A DNA stretch of 54,131 nucleotides from an uncultured Ruminococcus sp. (GTDB lineage Bacteria; Bacillota; Clostridia; Oscillospirales; Ruminococcaceae): positions 1 to 54,131 of the forward strand of contig CASDRM010000054.1 of assembly GCA_949283135.1 (NCBI GenBank), read 5' to 3'. Below, in pieces: positions 8,102-17,100 of the stretch (position 1 is its first letter; the number at the start of each line of letters is the position of its first letter). The position numbers and the translations under genes are program-made. The notes beneath the pieces are model-generated. The model saw only the letters and a list, made by a program, of their open reading frames with translations, was not told the DNA's origin and did no database searches.

Positions 8102-8914
8102 ATGAGAAACAAAAACCTTCTGGCGCTTACCGAAAGCGCCGTAATGATCGCGCTGGCAACGGTCCTGAGCCTTATCAAGATAGTAGACCTGCCATACGGC
8201 GGCTCTGTCACGATAGCCTCGATGCTTCCGGTCGCGATAATCGCCTATCGTCACGGGCTTGGCTGGGGCTTGGGCTCAGGTCTCGTATACGGAGCCATAC
8301 AGCAGCTTACCGGTCTTAACACCTTAAGCTGGGTTACCGGCTGGCAAAGCATACTCGCCGTAGTACTTCTCGACTACATAATCGCCTTTACGGTTATAGG
8401 CTTCGCAGGAGTTTTCCGCAAGGCGATAAATAATCAGGCAACGGCTCTGTCACTCGGCTGCATACTCGTATGCGTTCTCAGATACGCCTGCCATGTCGTA
8501 TCCGGCGCCACCGTATGGGCAGGACTTTCAATACCCACTCAGGCGGCTCTGGGATACTCGTTCATCTACAACGCCACCTACATGATACCAGAGACCATCG
8601 TTATGGTAGTCGCCGCTATTTACATCGGCTCGACAGTAGACCTGCGCTCTCAGATGCCCGCAAGAATGGCTTCCTCGGCGAAATCAGCAAACAACTGGGC
8701 ATTGCCTGTTGCGGGACTTATCGCAGCAGCGGCGGTCATATTCGATACCGCGCAGATATTCTCCCACCTTCAGGACGCTGAGACCGGCGAATTCGCCATC
8801 ACTCAGATAGGCGACGTCAACTGGCTCATGATAATCATCGTTACGGTAGCGGCAGCAGTGCTTTCCGCAGTACTTGTCGCTATTCGCTCCGCGTCAGTTA
8901 AAAAGGCGCAATAA
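8102..8914 (+). CDS. thiT: Energy-coupling-factor thiamine transporter S component ThiT, with a C-terminal two-helix extension
   Basis: The N-terminus TESAVMIALATVLSLIKIVDLPYGGSVTIASMLPVAIIAYRHG resembles ThiT. The gene sits behind a TPP riboswitch and ahead of thiN. The ATG at 8102 is about 10 nt after GGAG. Confidence 0.75.
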   Translation: MRNKNLLALTESAVMIALATVLSLIKIVDLPYGGSVTIASMLPVAIIAYRHGLGWGLGSGLVYGAIQQLTGLNTLSWVTGWQSILAVVLLDYIIAFTVIGFAGVFRKAINNQATALSLGCILVCVLRYACHVVSGATVWAGLSIPTQAALGYSFIYNATYMIPETIVMVVAAIYIGSTVDLRSQMPARMASSAKSANNWALPVAGLIAAAAVIFDTAQIFSHLQDAETGEFAITQIGDVNWLMIIIVTVAAAVLSAVLVAIRSASVKKAQ

Positions 8915-8929
8915 AAGCTGACGAGCGGC

Positions 8930-9550
8930 ATGAAAGCTATAATACTGACGCCATATCACGAAGGCTCCTACTCCCAGAGCATCGCCGACGGAGCTGACCT
9001 TGTCATATGCGCGGACACATCCTTTGCCGAGGCTGAGCAGCTCGGAATAATTCCCGATGTGATAATCGGCGACTTCGATCACGAAGATATAACAAATCGC
9101 GCAGCCGGAAGCGTGATAACCGTCCCCTGCGAAAAGGACGACACCGACACCATGCTCTGCATAAAGTACGCAATAGACAAGGGAGCGGACTATATTCTGA
9201 TTGCCGGCGGGATAGGCGGAAGGCTGGATCACACCATCGCGAATATACAGTCGCTTGCGTACGCCGAATCTAAAGGCGTCAAAGCTGAGCTTTCTGACGG
9301 CAAAAACCGCGCGACGATAGCATCCGGCAAAATTTTGATCCCGAGGGCGGAAAACTTCTACCTCTCGCTTTTCGCCTATGGAGGAAGCTGCTCGGGAGTA
9401 AGCGTACGCGGGACGAAATACACGCTCGAGGATTCGGAGCTATCGGTGGACTTCCCGCTCGGCGTCAGCAATGAGATAACCGCGCAGCAGGCGGAGATCG
9501 AAGTCAAAAGCGGCAGGCTCCTCATCATACTTTCTAAAAAAGAGGCATGA
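8930..9550 (+). CDS. thiN: Thiamine diphosphokinase
   Basis: 206-aa ORF with DVIIGDFDH and GGIGGRLDH motifs plus a C-terminal thiamine-binding beta domain. It starts 15 nt after thiT. Confidence 0.85.
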   Translation: MKAIILTPYHEGSYSQSIADGADLVICADTSFAEAEQLGIIPDVIIGDFDHEDITNRAAGSVITVPCEKDDTDTMLCIKYAIDKGADYILIAGGIGGRLDHTIANIQSLAYAESKGVKAELSDGKNRATIASGKILIPRAENFYLSLFAYGGSCSGVSVRGTKYTLEDSELSVDFPLGVSNEITAQQAEIEVKSGRLLIILSKKEA

Positions 9551-9566
9551 CCCACTCAGCATGCTT

Positions 9567-9598
9567 ATCCCCCGTATACCTGTACGGGGGATTTTTTT
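9567..9598 (+). terminator. Rho-independent terminator after thiN
   Basis: Perfect 10-bp stem ATCCCCCGTA / TACGGGGGAT followed by T7. Confidence 0.75.
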
Positions 9599-9699
9599 GA
9601 AACTGTAATCAAATCTTAATAGACTTCCCGTAAAAAGTGTGCTACACTAAAAGTCAACATATGAACACACCACTTGATTAAATGGGAAAGGATTCAAAT

Positions 9700-11079
9700 A
9701 TGCGAAAGCTCAGTATAATCATCTGTATCGTGATTGCAGTGACCTCGCTTACAATGAGCATAGGCGCCGCAGACACCGGCTCTGTTTCCTTTAATCTGCC
9801 GGACGATGTGACGATCTACTCGGAGGCGGCTTACCTTGTAAACCTCGACACCAATGAGGCGGTATATCAGAAAAATGCCGATAAGAGGCTTGTTCCTGCG
9901 TCTTTGACAAAGATAATGACGGCAATCCTGCTGCTCGAGGAATATAAGGACAACATCGGAGCGCTTTCAACTACATATGTGTCAGGACCCTCAACCTGCT
10001 TTGACGAGCTATATATGACCGGGGCGTCCACAGCGGATATACGCATCGGCGAGAAGGTCTCCTATAAAGATCTTTTATACGCTTTGATGCTCCGCTCGGC
10101 GTGCGAGGCGGCAAATATAATAGCCTACAATGTTGCCGGAAGCCTTGAAGGGTTTGTCCAGATGATGAACGACAAGGCCGCGGAGCTCGGATGCACCGAC
10201 ACCCACTTTACCAACGCGCACGGTCTTTTCTGGGAAGACCACTACACTACGGCGCGGGATATGGCGATTATCACCGAATACGCCATGACCCTGCCGATGT
10301 TCACCGAAATATCCTGCACCCCCGAATACACCATGGAAGCTACGAGCTATCACCCCGAGCCGAGGGTAATATCCCACACCAACTACATGATGTCGAGGAT
10401 GAACGGCGGAGATTACTACTACGAATATGTAAAGGGAATAAAGACGGGCACGCTCGATCAGGCCGGAAGATGCCTTGTATCGCTTGCGTTCAAGGATGGC
10501 TACAGCTATCTTCTCGTCACCCTCAACGCCCCACAGCAGGATGCTCAGGGCAACAATGTCTTTTACAACTTCACAGACGCCAAGACAATCTACGAGTGGG
10601 CGTTTGACAATCTTGAGTACACAGACATAGTTCTCGGAACGGAGGAAAAGGCGGAGGTGCCGGTTCAGTACGGCGACGGACAGGACTATGTGATAGTCAA
10701 GCCGGCGGAGTCTTTCTCGAGAATATGGAACAAAAGTATACCCCTGAGCTCGATTCACGAGTACATAACGCTTGCTAAGAACGTTGTCGCGCCGGTAAAC
10801 GAGGGAGATGTTCTGGGAACGCTCGAGCTTGAGTACGGCGGGCAGGTGCTTGCCACCATGGATCTTATAGCCACGACAAGTCTTGCCCGCTCAGAAAGAG
10901 CGGAGCTTATGACTATCGCCCAAAGCTTTGTGGGCTCGCCTGACTTTTACTCCGCGCTCAAATGGTCCGCTCTGTTTTTTCTTGTATACACTGTTCTGAT
11001 AATTACACTTAAGATCATATTCCACATCCAAAATAAAAAGCGCTCGCGCATGTACGGCACGGTCAAGCGCCGCAGATAA
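9700..11079 (+). CDS. Serine-type D-Ala-D-Ala carboxypeptidase (S11, PBP5/DacA-like) with a C-terminal membrane anchor
   Basis: Signal peptide present. SxxK motif is PASLTKIMT and KTG motif is GIKTGTL. The second motif reads SAC rather than SxN. A C-terminal helix (ALFFLVYTVLIITLKIIF) follows. The ORF opens at 9682, and the ATG at 9700 has the better SD (AAAGGA). Confidence 0.85.
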   Translation: MRKLSIIICIVIAVTSLTMSIGAADTGSVSFNLPDDVTIYSEAAYLVNLDTNEAVYQKNADKRLVPASLTKIMTAILLLEEYKDNIGALSTTYVSGPSTCFDELYMTGASTADIRIGEKVSYKDLLYALMLRSACEAANIIAYNVAGSLEGFVQMMNDKAAELGCTDTHFTNAHGLFWEDHYTTARDMAIITEYAMTLPMFTEISCTPEYTMEATSYHPEPRVISHTNYMMSRMNGGDYYYEYVKGIKTGTLDQAGRCLVSLAFKDGYSYLLVTLNAPQQDAQGNNVFYNFTDAKTIYEWAFDNLEYTDIVLGTEEKAEVPVQYGDGQDYVIVKPAESFSRIWNKSIPLSSIHEYITLAKNVVAPVNEGDVLGTLELEYGGQVLATMDLIATTSLARSERAELMTIAQSFVGSPDFYSALKWSALFFLVYTVLIITLKIIFHIQNKKRSRMYGTVKRRR

Positions 11080-11090
11080 TTCGGATTTTA

Positions 11091-11129
11091 GCAGCCCCGG
11101 CTTGAAAATTCACAAGCCGGGGCTGCTTT
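11091..11129. terminator. Hairpin terminator between convergent genes
   Basis: 14-bp perfect stem GCAGCCCCGGCTTG / CAAGCCGGGGCTGC between the carboxypeptidase (+) and the giant ORF (-). Confidence 0.65.
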
Positions 11130-11150
11130 ATGCGTCACCTGAGGTCCGGC

Positions 11151-14100
11151 TCAATCCTGAGAAGGGCTGATTATCTTTCCGCTATATATAACCTTTGCCC
11201 TTGTGAGAGGGTCTTTTATATACACCCTTCCGTCCTTCATCCTTATCCCAAGTATATCCTCCGTTATCGCCCGGTAATACCATGCCGCTGAGCCGGTGTA
11301 TATCGACCAGCCGCCGCGGGCATAGCAGTTTTTGTTTGCATAGACGTCGCCGCAGATATAATAAGGCTCTGTTTTATACCTTTGATACCCTAAATTCTCC
11401 GAGCGGACAACAGGGCTGATCGTCGTCAGGATGTCACGCCCCTCACGGCTCAGACCCGCGCGGATACACGCCATTCCGAGCCACACCGCCGCGTGAGTAT
11501 ACTGCCCTCCGTTTTCCCTGATACCGTCCGGATAGTGACTGATATACCCGACAGGCGGCTCGAAGTTGTCCGGAAACGGCGGCGTGAAGAGCTTTACTAC
11601 TCCTCTTTTTGTATCCGCGAGCCGTGCGTATGCCTCACTAAGAGCGAGTTTTGTAAACTCGCTGTCCCTTAGCCCGGCAAACTGCGCAAAGGACTGAGCT
11701 ATCGAGTCTATACAGCAGACTTTTGACTCGGCTGAGCCGAACACAGTTCCGTCGTCGGCATACGCCCTCCTGTACCAGCTGACGTCCCTGCCGTTTTGCT
11801 CTATCGAGCTTTCGAGTTCGTGCGCGTATTCTAAAATAAGCCTTGAGTACTCCGGGTCCATTTCCTTGCACAAAGAGGCAAATCTTCTAAGAACAAGTAT
11901 ATAAAACTCGGTAAGCCACACCGACTCTCCTTTTCCCTTTTCGCCAAGCTTGTTAAAGCCGTCGTTCCAGTCTCCCGCGCCTATAAGCATAAGCCCGTTC
12001 GCGCCTGTTTTCCCGGCGCGGTAATCTATGGCTTTTCTGCAATGCTCGTATACGCTTTCTCGGAGCGAGGTTTTATACACCTCGCCGTATTTTTCGTTTT
12101 CCTTCTCGCCAAGCTCTACTCCGGCGCAGTAGCAGACCTTTAGCATAAGAATATCCCTGTCGCCCGTCTTTTCCACATATTCGCAGACGGCGTAGGGCAG
12201 CCACAGGTTGTCGTCCGAGATCCTGGTGCGTATACCCTTTATCTTTTTCCCGGGAAGCGAGTGCCACCAGTGAAGGCAGTCTCCCTCATAAAACTGCGCC
12301 CTGCACGCGCGTAGTATCTGGCTTTTGCATATCGACGGATTCACCGCCATTATGCCGACTGCGTCCTGAAGCTGATCCCTGAAGCCGTATGCTCCCGAGC
12401 ACTGGTAGAACCCGGTCCTTGCCCAGATTCTCGCGTGAAGCGCCTGATATCTCAGCCAATGGTTTGCGAGCTCTGCCATTCCGGTATTACACTCAGATAC
12501 CTCCAGCCTGATTTGCGTTGTGTCCGTCTGCTGTGAGAAGTACCGCGGCATACCGGCTGCGGCAGCCTTGTCAAGAGCATAGGAAAGATAGAAATTGACC
12601 GTACTTTCGCCCGACAGCCTCACCACGACCGCCGCCGCGCTGTCCTGACACGGACTGATATTCTCAGACCAGTCCCCGGTCAAAAACGCCTTTCTGTCGC
12701 AGCAATACTCTCTTTCTCGGTCGCAGCTTAACGCCATATATCCGTTGCTCAGCGAGGCGGGGCTGTGAAGTATGAGCGAGTCGCCGAATGCCTCCGGGAG
12801 AATAAGATGGGCGTGTTTTCTGTCCGCCCCAAGGCAAGGCTCGCAAAAGTAGGCAAGCTCCGCGTCCTCTGAAACATTTATACTTACCGCTATCCTCTTG
12901 CACATTCCCTTCTCCGACACGCTCACGCTGACGCTGCCGGAAAAGCTGTCCCCATGGAAGAAGTATTCCGCTTTGTATGGCGAAAAATTCGCCGCCGAGC
13001 CCCTTACAATGTCATAATACCTACCGCCTATCCGAAGAATCAGTCTTTCTCCGAGGTTGTCCCTTGAGCTGTCGTTGTCCCACGGAGTGAGCCTGAGCTC
13101 CCTTGAATTAAAGGCGTAGCTGAACCCCAACGAGCCCTCGGACACAAGCGTTCCGAACTGCGGGTTTGAAAGTACATGACACCACGGCAAAGGCGGCTTT
13201 TCGTTTATCACATATCCGCCGTCTTCGCTAAATCCTCCGAGCGCCACCGGTGTTTCAACCTTTTGCGCAGCCGGCTCCACTCCTTCGATTCTCACCGGCT
13301 TTTTGAGCTCGACCGGTTCCTCAGAGCCGGATATTATCTCATCGGCGCCGATATGGCAGGCGTAGGCTTTGAGGAGCGTGATAAGCTCAGGTCTGACCGA
13401 CGACCGATCCACCGGGATTATCAGGGAGTATATCAGCCCCTCAAGCCCCGCTCTTTTCGCAGCATCGACAAGCAATGTGTAACGCTCCCGGCTGTAACTC
13501 CCGCCGTCGTCGTACACCACAGCGAGCTGCACGCCTATTCCGCTGAGCGCAAGCCTGCCCATCGCTCCAAGGTAGGAGGACAGCTTCTGCTCGTCGTTCC
13601 TGCCGTTGAGGTTTATAAGGATTAGCGGCAGGTCGGTGTTAACGGAAAGCTCCCACAAGGAGTTCAGCTCCAGCTTATTTTGCGCGAGCGCCTTAAGCTT
13701 CTGATGCGAGCTGCCGGACAGGAACATCACCTCGGGCAGCAGCCTGTTGGCGAGGGCTGAGCCGGGATCAAGCGTTCTCTCGCTCATAAGATCCTGAAGG
13801 GAGAATCTTCTTTTCATATGGGAAACACGGTTTATAAGCTCTTCCATGCTGTCGGCAGTCACGATGAACAGGTTCAGCTCGGTTTTTGTCTTTGGCGGAA
13901 GTGTTATCTCGGTTCTTATGAATATGCACGGGTCAGGCTCGCAAATATAGCTTGGAGGTATCTTCCCCGCTCTTCCGTCGGAAAACAGCCCGAATACTCC
14001 ACCGGGACGGGATAAAACCTCCTCCCTGTCAAAGGACACCGTGCCTAAAATGTCCTCGGCAAAGCCGACCGCCATATATCCTCCCGCAGACTGTTCCGGC

Positions 14101-17100
14101 TTGCTTCCTCCGTCAGAACGTGTAACTATCACCGCGTCAAGCCCAGGGTCGACATCAAGCCTTAAAAACATCTTGTCAAACGCGGGATGCGCCGACTCGG
14201 CTGAGGTATCCGAAAGCGACGGCTCGATGTAGCTTATAAGCGACGCCTTGATCTCCGAGCCGGTGACGTTTTCTATGGCAAAGCTTCTGATTTCGCACGG
14301 CATCGACTTGTGCAGAGCTACGCGCATTCCTGCTTTGATTCTGTCGGTATTCCGGTAGTAGGCGGCATAGCAGTCCCCGAACTCGGCGACAAGCCCGTCC
14401 CCGCCGTCAAGAGTAGACAATACGGCTGCGCTTTTGCCGTCAAGTATGCCGAAAAACGCTCCCTTAGGTCTGACAAGCGGGTCAAAGGTCTTGCGGTATA
14501 CCCCCTTGCCGCGGAAAAACGCCGAGCTTATCCCGCAGTCGGTCAGCACAAGCGAATACTCGCCGTTTGTCAGAAGCCTTGCCTTAGGATAGGCAGGCGA
14601 GATATCCGAGTACTCCTCCGCAATACCCGGCTCAGCCTTTTCCGTCTTTATCTTCGGCTTTATGAGAGTGTCCTCAAAGACGCTCCTGTCAAGTCTGACC
14701 CTCTCGCTCAAAAGCTCACTCGCGCCGGAAACACGCATATCGCTCATAAAGCGCTTCTGGAATATCCCGTCCTGCAATACATTCAGGCAGGACAAGATAC
14801 TCATTCCGACGTGGTGGGACATATAGCTCTTGACAGCCTCCGGCTCGCCATTGGTGAAGTCAAGCGCCTCGTAGAAGCCATATCTTGAGTACAGCCCGTA
14901 TTTTTTCAGCCTGTGAAGATTGTCCATGCCGGCACGCAGCGAATATCCGAGCGTAAGATAGGTCGAATATGGAGAAACCACATAGTCGGACTCAAGTCCT
15001 CGCTTTACTCCGGTTTTCGGCGCTCCGTGCGCCATATATCGGTAATTAAGCTCGCTGTCAAAGGAATAATACCCGCTTTCGGAAATCCCGTATGGTCTTG
15101 ACAAGGATGCTGCATAGCTTTTCTGGCACCACAGAGCGTACCTAAGGCTCTCGTATGAAATAGAGCTTTGCGGGCTCTTGAGAAAAATCTCAGGCATGAA
15201 ATACTCGAACATAGTTCCCGAATAGGACGCCGCTCCGCTGTAAAAGCCGTGGCTCAGCGATGTTCTGGACAGCCGAAGCCAATGGCTCTTGGGAACCTGA
15301 CGGGACGCTATCGCATAATATGATGTGAGCCTCGCTTCGCTCATCAAAAAATCGTATCTTGAGCGGTCAAGCTCTCCTGTCGCAGGGTTTATGCCTATAG
15401 CCATCAGCCCCTTCACTTTGTCATAGAAAATCCCGAGGTCGGTATCATCTATAAGCTTTTCTACCCTGTCTATTACACCCTCCAGCTCGGGGCATCTTTT
15501 CAGGTACTCCCTGAGTCCCTCCTTGAGAGCGACAAGCGAGCATACAAAATTGCCGCTGTCCACGCTTGATACATATGGGTTAGGACATAGCCGCAGCGTG
15601 GTAGTCTCGTACCAGTTATACAGGTTGCCGTGGTACTTTTCCATCCGCTCTACCGAGGCTATGGTAAGGCTTACTCGCCTTGCCATGTTGTAAACGCTTA
15701 TCAGCCTTAGATCGCAGGCGGCAAGCACCGACATAAGATACATGCCTATATTGGTCGGCGAGGTGCGGTGGGCGATTCTATATACAGGCGAGAACTGAAC
15801 ATTGTCCGGCGGCAGGTTGTTTTCCGTCTCGGTCACATAGTCGGAAAAATATCTCCACATGTCGGCTGCCTGTGACCTGAGCTGTCTCTCCTCTCTTTGT
15901 GTAGCCGTCTGCACCGCGCCCGGGATGCTCCTCTGCCCCAAAATTATTACCGCAGGCATGATGCTGAAAAACAGAGCCAGAAGCCTGACGAGATAGCAGG
16001 GTGAGAACAAAAGCAAAATCCCGCACAGCTCCGGTATAAAGAAAAACAGCACCGGGTCGCTCATCATTCCGTCCGCCGCCGCGGAGGTGGTCCATTCAAG
16101 CATGTTCTTCCTTGTGACGAGCCTTATAAGACCGGTCAGAACCGCCCTAATTGACACCAGCGCGGTTAGCGGCAGTGTAACAAGCTCGTATAACAGCCTT
16201 ACTCCGCTCAGACTCGCCTGACTGAGCAGCCCTGAATAAAACCTCCTTGAAAGAAATCCCTGTCTGATAAGTGTGCTGATAAGACCGTATATCTGCGGGA
16301 AAAGATATCCTCCAGCCGCCCACAGAGCGGCAGCCAGCGCGGCCTTAGGGTATATCACGAAGCTTGCCAGCAAAGCCAAAAGCACTGAAAACGGCGTGAT
16401 GGCGCGTCTGATATTCTCTAAAAGCTTCAGCTTGGACACAAGCCCGAACCTGCGCCTAAAGACAAAGCCTATATTCTGCGCGTCTCCCCTAACCCACCTA
16501 TCAAGACGCTTATAGTAGCTCGAGGAGGACTTCGGAAAGCCTTCGGTGAATATGATATCTCCAGCATATGCCGTCCGCAGGAGCTCCCCCTCCAAAATGT
16601 CGTGAGACAAAACGCTCTCATGCGGCAGACACGCGCCGCACCTCAAAAGCGCCTCCACACTGATAAGTCCTTTTCCGCAGAAGCTTCCGCTTCGGAAGCA
16701 GTCCTGCATTATGTCCATGCTCTCGGAATCGTACCACGACACCGAGCCTATTCCGCCCATACCGCGTGAAAAGCCGGTGGAAAGGGAGTCGGCAAGCCTT
16801 GTCACCATTCGCGGAGATACCATTCCCACTCCTGCGGTGACCTTCCCGTTCTCTATCCTCGGCCCATTCGCAGGGTGGAGCATGACGGACAAAAGCTCGG
16901 ATACCGAGTCCATATACGGCTCGGTATCAAGGTCGACGGCGCAGATGTATTTTATCCCGACAAGCTCCCGCACAGGTCCAAGCTCTGCGTAAAACGAAGC
17001 CTTTCCGCCGGCCATAAGCCTGCATAGCTCAACTATCGCCCCCCGCTTCCTATCGGAGCCCATATACTCGTCCTGAGTTTTGGAATAGCTTCTTTTTCGG

